Of a DNA stretch of 64,000 nucleotides, positions 1 through 11,680 are shown in pieces; within the stretch, counting starts at the first letter, position 1; the number at the start of each line of letters is the position of its first letter. The stretch is from Zoogloea sp. (GTDB lineage: Bacteria; Pseudomonadota; Gammaproteobacteria; Burkholderiales; Rhodocyclaceae), in contig NZ_JAYROR010000089.1 of assembly GCF_041911615.1 (NCBI RefSeq), forward strand, positions 2,131 through 66,130. Direction: 5' to 3'. A model generated the notes under the pieces. It had not been told where the DNA came from. It was given only the letters and a program-made list of their open reading frames with translations, and did no database searches. The position numbers were made by a program, and so were the translations under genes.

Positions 1-2045
<2,045 letters not shown>

Positions 2046-2423
2046 GGTGTCGTTCGAGCGATTTTCCCGGGCCGGTTGTGGGCTGGGCCGCGCGCGAGGC
2101 GGCCCGTGGCAGGACAAGGCTGCCAGATGCACGCCGCCTTGGCGAGAGGTAGACGGCGCGCGCGCGTGGGACTTGAGTGGGTTAGGGGGCTGATTCGTCA
2201 AATTCTACAATTTTGTTATTTTCGTTACAGCATGAAAAAACGCAACCTGCGCCGGAGCCCGCCCGCGGCTGCCGTCCGGGCACGCGCGGGTAAAGTCTGT
2301 GCCGTCCCGGCCGTGGTTTGTGAAGGGCGTGCGTCGATTGCGCGCGCCCGCCCGACGCCCCCTGTTGCCGCGCGAATGACGGCAGTATGATCCGGGGCCG
2401 GGCGGAGCCTTGAGGGGAGAGTC

Positions 2424-3527
2424 ATGTCGCGCATGAGGTGGGGGGTGGTGCTCGCGAGCAGCCTGATTTTGCTGGGCTGCGGACCCGAGGCGCCGCTGCG
2501 TATCGGGTTCATCGGCGGCCTTTCGGATCGCAACTCGGACGTCGGCCAGGCGGGCCACAACGGGGTGTTGCTCGCCGTCGAGCAGGCCAACCGCGCCGGC
2601 GGCATCGGGGGGCACAAGATCGAGCTGGTGTCCCGCGACGATGCGCAGGACGCGGAGATCGCCGCCAAGTCCGCCGCCGAGCTGGCCGCCGAGAAGGTCG
2701 AGGCGGTGATCGGTCCCTTCACCAGCGGCATGGCGGCGGCCGTCGTGCCGGTCCTGGCGAGGCGCAACACCCTGGCGATCAGTCCGACCCTCACGTCGAT
2801 GGATTTCCACGGCAAGGACGACAACCTCATTCGTATCAACCGCAGCACCCGCGACAACGCCGAGGATTACGCCCGCGTGCTGTTCGGCCGCGGTCAGCGC
2901 CGCATCGCGGTGGCCTACGACGTGCGCAACCGCTCGTTCTCCGAGTCGTGGCTGGGCGAGTTCCGCAAGGCTTTCGCGGCCCTCGGCGGCACGCTGGCGG
3001 CTGAAGTGGCCTACGAATCGCGCCCCGACGTCGACTTCGGCGCGGTGGTGGCGGCGATGCTCAAAGGTCAGCCGGACGGGCTGTTCTTCATCTCCGGCGG
3101 CATCGACGTGGCGCGCCTTGCCCAGCAGTCGCGCCGACAGGCGCCGGGGCTGCCGATCGGTGCGTCCGAGTGGGCGGCCAGCGAACAACTCATCGAATTG
3201 GGTGGCAAGGTGGTCGATGGCCTGGTGATCGTCCAGAACTACAACCGGGAGGACGATTCGCCGCGCTATCGCGAGTTTCGCGAGGCTTATTTCAAACGCT
3301 TCCAGAAGAACCCCGGCTACAGTTCGGTATCGGCCTACGACGCGGCGACGGTGCTGTTCGACGCGCTCGCCCGACGTACCGCCGGCGAGTCGGTCAAGAT
3401 GGCGGTGCTGCGCCACGGGCCCTACCAGGGCCTGCAGCAGCAGATCGTCTTCGACGCCAACGGCGACACCCAACGCAAGGTGTTCTTCACGGAAATCCGC
3501 GACGGGCGCTTCGTGCTCCTCAAATGA
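2424..3527 (+). CDS. LivJ/LivK-like (type 1) periplasmic binding lipoprotein
   Basis: Lipobox-like [50 protein letters not shown]; GA-rich RBS upstream. Confidence 0.85.
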   Translation: MSRMRWGVVLASSLILLGCGPEAPLRIGFIGGLSDRNSDVGQAGHNGVLLAVEQANRAGGIGGHKIELVSRDDAQDAEIAAKSAAELAAEKVEAVIGPFTSGMAAAVVPVLARRNTLAISPTLTSMDFHGKDDNLIRINRSTRDNAEDYARVLFGRGQRRIAVAYDVRNRSFSESWLGEFRKAFAALGGTLAAEVAYESRPDVDFGAVVAAMLKGQPDGLFFISGGIDVARLAQQSRRQAPGLPIGASEWAASEQLIELGGKVVDGLVIVQNYNREDDSPRYREFREAYFKRFQKNPGYSSVSAYDAATVLFDALARRTAGESVKMAVLRHGPYQGLQQQIVFDANGDTQRKVFFTEIRDGRFVLLK

Positions 3528-5317
3528 CGTCTTGCTGCGCCATGATCGACACCATCGAGATTTTTCCCTGGAACGCCAACTTTGAAACCGGCATTGCGGA
3601 GATCGACGTCCAGCATCGACGCCTCGTCGAACTGCTCAACCAGCTGGTCGGCCACCTGACCCGTCAGGCGGACGCGCCGACGCTCAAGTCGGTCTTCGAC
3701 GCCCTGGCGCGTTACGCGCTCGAGCACTTCGAGTCCGAGGAGGCGATCTGGCGCGAGGCCTTCCAGGGCGACCCCTGGGAGACCGGGCACTCCGAGTCTC
3801 ACCAGCGCTTCGTCGACGCCGTCGGAAAACTCCAGGCCGAGGCGGATTCCCGGCCCTACGAGGACGTGCTCACCGATGTGGTGGGCTTCCTGACCCACTG
3901 GCTGGCGCTGCACATCATCGAGTCCGACCGCCGCATGGCGCTGGCGGTGCTGGCGCTGCGCGAGGGCGCCGACGTGGCGTCGGCCAAGCGCATCGCCGAC
4001 GCGCGGATGTCCGGGGCGGCCCGGGCGCTGATCGAGACGGTGATGGGGATGTACGACAAGCTGGCCAGCCGCACCGTCCAGCTGACCCGCGAGATCCACG
4101 CGCGCCGGCGCGCCGAGAAGGCGCTTCAGCTCGCCCACGCGGCGCTCGCCCAGGCCAAGGAGGAGGCCGAGGCGGCCAACCGCGCCAAGTCCGATTTCCT
4201 GGCCAGCATGAGCCACGAGATCCGCACCCCGATGAACACCATTGCCGGCGTCGTGCAGCTGATGCGCCGCGACGGCGTGTCGCCGCGCCAGGCCGAGCAC
4301 CTGGGCCGCCTGCAGGATGCCTCCGGGCATCTGCTGGCGGTGATCAACGACATCCTCGATCTGTCGAAGATCGAGGCCGGCAAGCTCAGCCTCGAGGAAC
4401 TGCCGGTGGATATCGCCGGCATCGCCGAGGGCGTCGCCTCGATGCTCTCCGAGCGGGTCCGCGAAAAAGGCCTCGCCATGACGGTGCGCGTCGAACTGCC
4501 GCCGGTGGCGCTGCTTGGCGATCCGACCCGGCTCAAGCAGGCGCTGCTCAACTACGCCACCAACGCGGTCAAGTTCACCGACGCCGGCAGCATCGCGCTG
4601 TGCGTCCGGGCGGTGGAAGAGGACGCCGGCAGCGTGTTGCTGCGCATCGAGGTGACCGATACCGGCATCGGGATTGCGCCGGAGGCGCTGGCCCGGCTGT
4701 TTGCCCGCTTCGAACAGGCCGAGGCGACGACATCCCGCGAATATGGCGGTTCCGGTCTCGGGCTGGTCATCACCCGTCGGCTGGCGCGCCTGATGGGCGG
4801 CGAGACCGGTGCCCGGAGCACGCCCGGGGCCGGCAGCACGTTCTGGTTTACCGCCCGTCTGCGCAAGGGGGCGGCGCAGGTCGGGCCGTCCGCGCCGGTC
4901 GATGTGGAGTCGGCGGAGCTGCGGCTGCGCCGCGATTTCGCCGGCCGTCGCATCCTGCTGGTCGAGGATAACGAGATCAACCGCGAGATCGCCGTCGACC
5001 TGCTCGCCGATGCCGGGCTGGCCGTCGAGTGCGCCGAGGACGGCGTCGAGGCCGTGGCGATGGCGGGGGCCGGCGATTACGCGCTGATCCTGATGGACAT
5101 GCAGATGCCGCGCATGGATGGGCTGGAGGCGACCCGGCGCATCCGCGCGGCGGCCTGGGGGCGCGACGTGCCGATTGTGGCGATGACCGCCAACGCGTTT
5201 TCGGAGGACCGGGAGATGTGCCTCGCCGCCGGCATGAACGATTTTGTCGTCAAGCCCGTGGACCCGGACGTGCTGTTCGGCGCGCTGCTGCGCTGGCTGG
5301 CGCCGCCGCGGGGCTGA
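3524..5317 (+). CDS. Bacteriohemerythrin-domain hybrid histidine kinase (hemerythrin-HisKA-HATPase-REC)
   Basis: Start ATG 3524 (ATGA overlap with upstream stop) or 3542. Di-iron ligands QH, HFESEE, HSESH, HIIESD; H-box [10 protein letters not shown]; N box NAVKFT; DTGIGI; GSGLGL; REC with LMDMQMP. Confidence 0.9.
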   Translation: MTSCCAMIDTIEIFPWNANFETGIAEIDVQHRRLVELLNQLVGHLTRQADAPTLKSVFDALARYALEHFESEEAIWREAFQGDPWETGHSESHQRFVDAVGKLQAEADSRPYEDVLTDVVGFLTHWLALHIIESDRRMALAVLALREGADVASAKRIADARMSGAARALIETVMGMYDKLASRTVQLTREIHARRRAEKALQLAHAALAQAKEEAEAANRAKSDFLASMSHEIRTPMNTIAGVVQLMRRDGVSPRQAEHLGRLQDASGHLLAVINDILDLSKIEAGKLSLEELPVDIAGIAEGVASMLSERVREKGLAMTVRVELPPVALLGDPTRLKQALLNYATNAVKFTDAGSIALCVRAVEEDAGSVLLRIEVTDTGIGIAPEALARLFARFEQAEATTSREYGGSGLGLVITRRLARLMGGETGARSTPGAGSTFWFTARLRKGAAQVGPSAPVDVESAELRLRRDFAGRRILLVEDNEINREIAVDLLADAGLAVECAEDGVEAVAMAGAGDYALILMDMQMPRMDGLEATRRIRAAAWGRDVPIVAMTANAFSEDREMCLAAGMNDFVVKPVDPDVLFGALLRWLAPPRG

Positions 5318-5332
5318 AGGGGCGCGCCGGCC

Positions 5333-5776
5333 TCAGCGGTCGATGGGCAGGTTGCGGCGCAGCACCACCGGCACGCCGCCGAGCTTCTTCTTGGCCAGCC
5401 ACTGGGCGAGAGCCGAATCCAGGTAGTCGGCGTGGCTCGGGAACCAGTTGGCGAGCGCGGTGGCAAACTCCCGGCCCACCGCCAGTTCGCCGTCCTTCAC
5501 CAGCTGTTCGACCTGATAGGCCGATTCCATCACCGCGTTGTGATCGTCGACGTGACAGTCCCGCGGGGGGAAGTCGGTCGCTTCCATCCAGTCCTTTTCC
5601 TGTCCGAAATGGGCTTCGGCGTGGATGATGAAGTCGTGCATCGCACCGGCCAAGTCGGCGTCGGCGCAGGTCAGCAGGCGGTCGACGATGTCGACGAACT
5701 CCCGGTGGGTGTCGTCCATCGCGTCGAAACCGAGCAGGAACGCGTCGGTCCACTGCAGGCCCTGTTGATCGGTCAT
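5333..5776 (-). CDS. Stand-alone bacteriohemerythrin
   Basis: W-x4-LG-x3-MDDTH, HFGQE, HVDDH, WFPSHADYLD: complete H/HxxxE/HxxxH/HxxxxD ligand set. Confidence 0.9.
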   Translation of the reverse strand: MTDQQGLQWTDAFLLGFDAMDDTHREFVDIVDRLLTCADADLAGAMHDFIIHAEAHFGQEKDWMEATDFPPRDCHVDDHNAVMESAYQVEQLVKDGELAVGREFATALANWFPSHADYLDSALAQWLAKKKLGGVPVVLRRNLPIDR

Positions 5777-5886
5777 GTTCTGTCTACTCCTGGCATGTCA
5801 TTCTTCGATCCGCTGCGGGATCACGGAATCAAGGATAACCCGCCGCTCCGCCGGGATTGTTTGTGGTTAGTGAGCAATCCCCGGTA

Positions 5887-5900
5887 TTGATTTCGATCAG
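5887..5900. promoter_or_regulatory. FNR/ANR-type box TTGAT-TTCG-ATCAG
   Basis: 9/10 match to TTGAT-N4-ATCAA in the divergent region between the hemerythrin and MFS genes. Confidence 0.6.
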
Positions 5901-5926
5901 ACAACAATGAGACGAGACTTCGCACG

Positions 5927-7135
5927 ATGAAAGCGCGCGCCACGGATTCCGCTCCCGCCGTCCCGACCCGTCTGCCGCCCGGCATCTGGGCGCTGGGTCT
6001 GGTGTCGATGCTGATGGACATCTCGTCCGAGATGATCCACGCCTTGTTGCCGGTTTATCTGGTCGGCGCCCTCGGCGCATCGACCTTGGCGGTGGGCTTC
6101 ATCGAAGGTGTGGCGGAGGCCACCGCGGCGATCACCAAGGTTTTTTCCGGCGCGTTGTCGGACTGGCTGGGGCGGCGCAAGCTGCTGGCCGCCATCGGCT
6201 ACGGCCTGGCGGCGTGCACCAAGCCGGTGTTCCCGCTGGCCGATTCGGTGGGCTGGGTGGTGGCCGCACGTTTTGTGGACCGGATCGGCAAGGGCATCCG
6301 CGGCGCCCCGCGGGACGCGCTGATCGCCGATCTGGCGCCGCCGGGCCTGCGCGGGGCAGCCTTCGGGCTGCGCCAGTCCCTCGATACCGCGGGCGCCTTC
6401 CTCGGGCCCTTGCTGGCGATCGGGCTGATGGCGGCGTCGGGCGGCGACATCCGGCTGGTGTTCTGGGTGGCGGTGGTGCCGGCCTGCGGGGCGTTTGCGC
6501 TGATCGCGCTGGCGGTGCGCGATGCGCCCCGGCCCGGTCTCGAGGCGCCGCGCGCGCCCTTGTCGCGAGCCGAACTGGGGCGACTGCCGGCGGCCTACTG
6601 GTGGGTGGTGGGCATCGCCGCGGTGTTCACGGTGGCGCGCTTCAGCGAGGCCTTCCTGGTGCTTCGGGCACAGGAGCTGGGCGTCGCGACGATGTGGATT
6701 CCGGCGGTGCTGGTGGTGATGAACGTGGTCTATTCGCTGTCGTCCTACCCGATCGGCGTGCTGGCCGATCGGATGCGCCGCGGCACCCTGCTGGCGCTCG
6801 GTTTCGCGATGCTGGTGGCGGCCGATCTGGCGTTGGCGCTGTTGCCCGGACTGGTCGGGCTGGCCCTCGGCGTGGCGCTGTGGGGGCTGCACATGGGCAT
6901 GACCCAGGGCCTGCTGGCGACGCTGGTGGCCGATGTGGCGCCGGACAACCTGCGCGGCACCGCCTTCGGCGTGTTCAATCTGGCGGGGGGCGTGGCCTTG
7001 CTGCTGGCCAGCGTGCTGGCCGGCGGGCTGTGGGACGCCTTCGGGTCCCGGGCGACCTTCCTGGCAGGGGCGGCCTTCGCGGCGCTGGCCCTGGTCGGGC
7101 TGGTGGGGTGGTCGAGGCGCGGCGCGATGGGCTGA
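5927..7135 (+). CDS. MFS transporter
   Basis: About 12 hydrophobic segments; motif-A-like GALSDWLGRRKLL and GVLADRMRRGTLL; RFVDRIGKGIRGAPRDALIAD. Confidence 0.9.
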   Translation: MKARATDSAPAVPTRLPPGIWALGLVSMLMDISSEMIHALLPVYLVGALGASTLAVGFIEGVAEATAAITKVFSGALSDWLGRRKLLAAIGYGLAACTKPVFPLADSVGWVVAARFVDRIGKGIRGAPRDALIADLAPPGLRGAAFGLRQSLDTAGAFLGPLLAIGLMAASGGDIRLVFWVAVVPACGAFALIALAVRDAPRPGLEAPRAPLSRAELGRLPAAYWWVVGIAAVFTVARFSEAFLVLRAQELGVATMWIPAVLVVMNVVYSLSSYPIGVLADRMRRGTLLALGFAMLVAADLALALLPGLVGLALGVALWGLHMGMTQGLLATLVADVAPDNLRGTAFGVFNLAGGVALLLASVLAGGLWDAFGSRATFLAGAAFAALALVGLVGWSRRGAMG

Positions 7136-7159
7136 CGCGACGCGGACGCGCGGACGGGC

Positions 7160-8995
7160 TCAGGCGCTCCAGCGCGCCCGGCCGGTGTTCTTGGCGCGAT
7201 ACATGGCGTGATCGGCGGCGCTGAGCAGGCGTTCGGCGTTCTCGCCGTCGGCCGGGAAGCGCGCCACCCCGACGCTGCAGGCGATGCGCAGGGTGTGGCC
7301 TTCGACTTCGAAGGGCTGCGACAGCGCATCGACGACCTTCGCGGCGGTGGGGCCGACGGCGGTGCTGCCGGCCTGGGCGGGCATCGCCACCACGAACTCG
7401 TCGCCGCCCAGCCGGGCCACCGTGTCCTCGTCGCGGAACAGGCGCTGCAGCCGCTTGGCGACCTGCTGCAGGAGCAGGTCGCCGATGTCGTGGCCGAAGC
7501 TGTCGTTCACCGGCTTGAAACGGTCGAGGTCGATGAACAGCACGACGACCTCGGCGTGCTGGCGCTTGGCGTGATGGACCATGCTCTCGAGGCGGTCGTT
7601 GATCAGCGAGCGGTTGGGCAGCCCGGTGAGCCGGTCGAAGTTGGCCCGCTGCCAGATCTCGCCGTCGCGCCGGCGCAGTTCGGTGACGTCGGAGATCAGC
7701 GCGACCCGGTGGGTGACGTGGTTTTCGGCGTCGAGCACGGCGGAAATCATCGCGTGGCCGGTGTAGGCCTCGCCGTCGCGGCGGCGGCCGTCGAAGTCGC
7801 CGCGCTGGTGGTGCAGTTCGGCGGGGCCGAGGAGTTCGGCCAGACTGCAGCCGCCGGCGCGGCCGGCGGGCAGGGTCGAGATGTGCTGGCCGCGCAGTTC
7901 GTCGATGCCGAAGCCGGTGATCGCGCTGAAGGCCGGATTGATGTCGACGATGCGGTTTTCGGTGTCGATGATCATGATGCCCTCGGCCATGTTGTCGAGC
8001 ACGCCGCGCAGGTGCGCTTCGTGGCTGGCCAGGTCGTGGACGACCCGTTCGTAGCGGCGCAGCGCCACCAGCAGCGCACCGATCACCAGCATGAAGAGCA
8101 GGCTGAACATCGCGCCGCGCTCGAGCGCCCAGGCGTTCTGGGCGCGCATCGGTGCCAGGGCGTCGTCGAGGGCGATGCCGGACATCATCACCAGCCCCGA
8201 CGGCAGGCGCGTCCAGCCGTACTGCCGCAGGATGCCGTCCACAGTGGCGTGGGCCACGTAGTCGCCTTCGCGCAGATCGGGGCGGGTGATGTACTCGCGT
8301 TGCTGGGGCGCCTGCTTGCCGTAGTGGGCGCCGGGGTCGAGGGTGCGCAGCAGCACATGGCCGGTGGCGTCCACGAGGGTCAGGGTGTCGTGGGGGGCGG
8401 ATTCGAAACGGGCCAGCTGGGCCGTCCAGGCGTCGGGCGACACCGCCAGCGACACCACGCCGTCGAATTGCCCGTTGCGGCGTACCGCGCGGGCGATCTG
8501 CAGGCTCCACTTGCCGGTCAGCCGGCCCAGCACCGGGGGGCTGATCACCAGCGAATCGCCGGCGTCGCTGGCCAGCCGGGTGAAGTAGGCCCGGTCGCCG
8601 AGGAAGTTGCGCGGCGCCTCGCCGAGGGACGAATAGCTCAGGTAGCCGGCGGCGTCGATGCGGAACAGCTGCAGGATGAGGTCCGACGGCATCGCGGCGG
8701 CCAGCACCTGCTCGCGCAGCGTCTCGATGGCGAGCCGGTCGCCGGCCGAGGCGCGGGCGGTGCGCAGTACGAAGTCGAAGCGATCGAGTGTCGCCTGCAC
8801 GGTTTCGGCGGCGACCCGGGACTGCAGCAGGGCCTGGGCGCGGACCCGCGCGCGGGTGTCGTATTCGTTCTGCTCGACCGACTGGAGCAGGTCGTACCAG
8901 GCGATACCCAGGGCCAGCAGGGTGGCGCCGGCGATGCCCAGGCGGATGAGTTGCAGCGGCTGGGTGGACAGTTTCGGGAAAAGCCGGGAAATCAT
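7160..8995 (-). CDS. Diguanylate cyclase (TM-Cache-TM-PAS-GGDEF)
   Basis: Probable start MISRLFPK at 8995. DRLTGLPNR, LFIDLDRFKPVNDSFGHDIGD, RDED I-site five residues before intact GGDEF. Confidence 0.9.
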   Translation of the reverse strand: MISRLFPKLSTQPLQLIRLGIAGATLLALGIAWYDLLQSVEQNEYDTRARVRAQALLQSRVAAETVQATLDRFDFVLRTARASAGDRLAIETLREQVLAAAMPSDLILQLFRIDAAGYLSYSSLGEAPRNFLGDRAYFTRLASDAGDSLVISPPVLGRLTGKWSLQIARAVRRNGQFDGVVSLAVSPDAWTAQLARFESAPHDTLTLVDATGHVLLRTLDPGAHYGKQAPQQREYITRPDLREGDYVAHATVDGILRQYGWTRLPSGLVMMSGIALDDALAPMRAQNAWALERGAMFSLLFMLVIGALLVALRRYERVVHDLASHEAHLRGVLDNMAEGIMIIDTENRIVDINPAFSAITGFGIDELRGQHISTLPAGRAGGCSLAELLGPAELHHQRGDFDGRRRDGEAYTGHAMISAVLDAENHVTHRVALISDVTELRRRDGEIWQRANFDRLTGLPNRSLINDRLESMVHHAKRQHAEVVVLFIDLDRFKPVNDSFGHDIGDLLLQQVAKRLQRLFRDEDTVARLGGDEFVVAMPAQAGSTAVGPTAAKVVDALSQPFEVEGHTLRIACSVGVARFPADGENAERLLSAADHAMYRAKNTGRARWSA

Positions 8996-9122
8996 GGGGG
9001 CGCCGCATCCTCGCGTGGCACACCGCGCCTCTTGCGGCCGATGCCTGCCAGTGCGGCAGTGTGCCTCAAGTTGGCCGCGGGGTGGATAATCGAGGTCCCG
9101 CTTCGAGCGAAGGCGATACGGA

Positions 9123-9941
9123 ATGCGACTCCCCCGGTGTTTTCTCGCAACGATTTCGGCGCTCCTCGTCGCCGCCCAGGCCGTGGCGGCGCCCGACCCC
9201 ACCCTCGCGCCGTGGATCGACGGTCCCCAGCGCAGCGAGGCCAATCGTGCCCGCGACGGGGCCCGGCAGCCGGCGGCGACGCTGGCCTTCTTCGGGCTGC
9301 GACCCGACCAGACGGTGGTCGAAATCTGGCCCAGCGTGGGCTTGTGGTGGTTCGAAATCCTCGCGCCCTATCTGCGCGAGCGGGGTGGCTATGTCGCGGC
9401 CCTACATGCTGGCGCCCCTAATCCGGCGGCCGCGCGGGCCGAGCAGGCCGCGGTGGCGGCGCGGATGGCCGCCGATCCCGCGCGTTTCGGTGCAGTCCGG
9501 CTGGCGCACAGCCCAGGGCTGGGCGAGACGGTGCCGGACGATTCGGTGGATGTGGTGCTGACCTTCTCGAACCTGCACAACTGGATCGTCGATGGCAACG
9601 TCGGCGACGTGCTGCGGGAGTTCCAGCGGGCGCTCAAGCCGGGAGGTGTGCTCGGGGTGGTGGATCATCGCGGACGCGACGACATCCCGCAGGCCGTCCA
9701 GCTCAAGGCGGGTTACCTGCGCGAGGACGAAGTGGTGGCGCTGATCGAGCGGGCCGGCTTCCGCCTCGTGGCGCGGGGCGACATGGCGGCGAATCCCCGC
9801 GATACGAAGGATCACCCGGCCGGTGTGTGGACCCTGCCGCCGAGCCTGCGCCTCAAGGACGTCGAGCGCGACAAATATCTGGCGATCGGGGAAAGCGACA
9901 AATTCACCCTGAAGTTCGTCAAGGTGGGGCGACCGGATTGA
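9123..9941 (+). CDS. Predicted class I SAM-dependent methyltransferase-like protein with signal peptide (COG4798-like)
   Basis: Signal peptide ending AQAVA; RDGARQPAATLAFFGLRPDQTVVEIWP; DVVLTFSNLHNW; LKPGGVLGVVDHR; NPRDTKDHPAGVWTLPPSL. Confidence 0.75.
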   Translation: MRLPRCFLATISALLVAAQAVAAPDPTLAPWIDGPQRSEANRARDGARQPAATLAFFGLRPDQTVVEIWPSVGLWWFEILAPYLRERGGYVAALHAGAPNPAAARAEQAAVAARMAADPARFGAVRLAHSPGLGETVPDDSVDVVLTFSNLHNWIVDGNVGDVLREFQRALKPGGVLGVVDHRGRDDIPQAVQLKAGYLREDEVVALIERAGFRLVARGDMAANPRDTKDHPAGVWTLPPSLRLKDVERDKYLAIGESDKFTLKFVKVGRPD

Positions 9942-9993
9942 CGAAGGCGTCAGGACGGTGTGTGCGTGATGCTGAGGAGAGGGGGAGGAAAGC

Positions 9994-10068
9994 TGGTGCT
10001 CATGGGCAGGATTGAACTGCCGACCTCTCCCTTACCAAGGGAGTGCTCTGCCACTGAGCTACATGAGC
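9994..10068 (-). tRNA. tRNA-Thr (anticodon GGT), CCA encoded
   Basis: Reverse complement GCTCATGTAGCTCAGTGGCAGAGCACTCCCTTGGTAAGGGAGAGGTCGGCAGTTCAATCCTGCCCATGAGCACCA folds as a cloverleaf with a 7-bp acceptor stem and GGT anticodon. Confidence 0.97.
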
Positions 10069-10164
10069 ACTGCTGTCGGAACCGCTGAAGGCGGCCCGGC
10101 GGGTCTGTGGCGTGGCATCTGGCCAAGTGGCCCGATGTCCAACAACCCGTCTGGAGCGGCGCGC

Positions 10165-10193
10165 ATGGTAGCAAGACCAATGGCCGGCCGCAA
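10165..10193 (-). promoter_or_regulatory. Putative sigma70 promoter of the tRNA-Thr
   Basis: Minus strand TTGCGG-N17-TACCAT followed by GC-rich discriminator GCGCGCC. Confidence 0.5.
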
Positions 10194-10279
10194 GGATGTC
10201 TGCTGCATCTTTGCGAGAAATACGGCGATATTTCACGTTTCGGCACAGGCGAGGGGGCGCCGGGGCGAATCGGAGGGGG

Positions 10280-10923
10280 TCAGCGGGCGTCGGCGGCCGG
10301 ACTGGATTGGCGGCGCTGCATCTCGCGGATCATTGCCGAGAATTGCTCGGCGGTCTCGTGGCGGGCTACCGCCGGGCCGATGAGGGGGGGAGCCAGAAGC
10401 CCGGCTGGGCTTCGGAGTGGTAGTGCAGGCGGGTTCCCGTTCCCTCGGCTTCCAGTTGCATCAGGCTCTCGACCTGACGGATGTTGCCGCCGATGCCGCG
10501 GGAGCGGATCTCGCGCAGCGGCACCAGGTGAATCTCGCGCACCGATTCGAAATCCGCCGAAAAGAAGCCGTAGCGGCCGGTGCCCTTCTGGTGCACGGTG
10601 AGCAGCGTGTCCTGCCGGGCGGTCACGCGACTGAAGCTCAGGTTGGGGACGAAGTCGGTCATGTGCTCGAAATCGGTCAGCACGGCCCAGGCGAGGGCTG
10701 GCGGCACCGGGGCGTGCATGACCGCATCGACCACGAAGCGCTTGCCGCTCTTGTAGGCGGTCACGTCGTCCTCGCTCACCGCCGGGGCAGCGTCGAAAGC
10801 GCCGGCGGCGGCGGTCAAGGTCACGGCGAGGAGGGCGGCGGGTAGCACGCGCGGCAGGCGCCGCAGCGCATGGGCGAAGGGCTGGCGAGGCATCGGTTTG
10901 GGGCCGGTCCGGTCGGCGTTCAT
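10280..10923 (-). pseudogene. SRPBCC/START-fold (polyketide cyclase-like) exported protein, frameshifted in a C7 run
   Basis: AWAVLTDFEHMTDFVPNLSFSRV is SRPBCC-like. At ...PGFWLPP the frame shifts within G7 (10384-10390); one extra C restores LIGPAVARHETAEQFSAMIREMQRRQSSPAADAR* ending at 10280. Start at 10923 or 10893. Confidence 0.7.
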
Positions 10924-11058
10924 CGTTTTCGTCAGAGGCGTCGCGGCGCGATTTTGTTCAACGGGGGCGGTACAAACAAAAAGGCCCTCGCCGCCATCGG
11001 CAAGGGCCTTGCTGTGCTTGCGCCGTGTCTCGCGGGGCACGCTGCCCTGCGGCGAGGC

Positions 11059-11322
11059 TCAGTAGCGGCGGGCGGGCGCGGGGGCCGGGGCGCCGTTGCG
11101 GGCGGGCAGATGGCGGAACGTGATACGGCCCTTGGAGAGGTCGTAGGGCGACATCTCGAGGGTCACCTCGTCGCCGGCGATGATGCGGATGTGGTTCTTC
11201 TTGAGCTTGCCGCCTGCGTAGGCGATGAGCATGTGCTCGTTGTCGAGGGTCACGCGGTAACGTCCGTCGGGCAGGACTTCGGTGACCTTGCCGTGCATTT
11301 CGATGAGTTCTTCCTTGGCCAT
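11059..11322 (-). CDS. infA: Translation initiation factor IF-1 (paralog-type, with C-terminal tail)
   Basis: [18 protein letters not shown]...[27 protein letters not shown]; RBS AAGGAG upstream of ATG 11322. Confidence 0.92.
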   Translation of the reverse strand: MAKEELIEMHGKVTEVLPDGRYRVTLDNEHMLIAYAGGKLKKNHIRIIAGDEVTLEMSPYDLSKGRITFRHLPARNGAPAPAPARRY

Positions 11323-11549
11323 GTCGGGCTCCTTGTGGGTGGCCGGGGGGTGCCCCTGTGGTGCGCGGAGCATGTCGGCCGTGGCCCGCCACCGCCTTGG
11401 TGGGCCAGATTTCGCCGCGGCCCGGGTGGGGCAGGGCAGTCGGATGTCGGCGCGGATATCGGCGGGCCGGCGCGTGCAGTGTCTGCGCTCAGTGTCGCAG
11501 GCGAAGATGAACGTCGCTGTGTGCTGCCGTTGCGCGGTGCCCCCGGCGG

Positions 11550-11580
11550 AAAAAAATTAGGCCGACGCAGGGTCGACCTA
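11550..11580 (-). terminator. Intrinsic terminator in the infA upstream leader
   Basis: Minus strand UAGGUCGAC-CCUGC-GUCGGCCUA then A and U7; the stem includes a G.U pair only on the minus strand. Confidence 0.6.
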
Positions 11581-11680
11581 GTTTTCCGGGCGCGTGCGGT
11601 TGAACTGACCTACCGATCGCTGGATCGGTCGGACATCCCCTGTTTGGGGGGGGGCAACGCAAGGCTGCAGGCGATCCGCC

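Noticed and set aside
2107-2125. TGGCAG-N7-CTGCCA as a sigma54 promoter
   Set aside because: GG-to-GC spacing is 9 or 12 nt rather than 10 on either strand.
9950-10601. ORFs overlapping the tRNA and its promoter
   Set aside because: The region is explained by the tRNA, its promoter and the shifted SRPBCC tail; the translations show no protein features.
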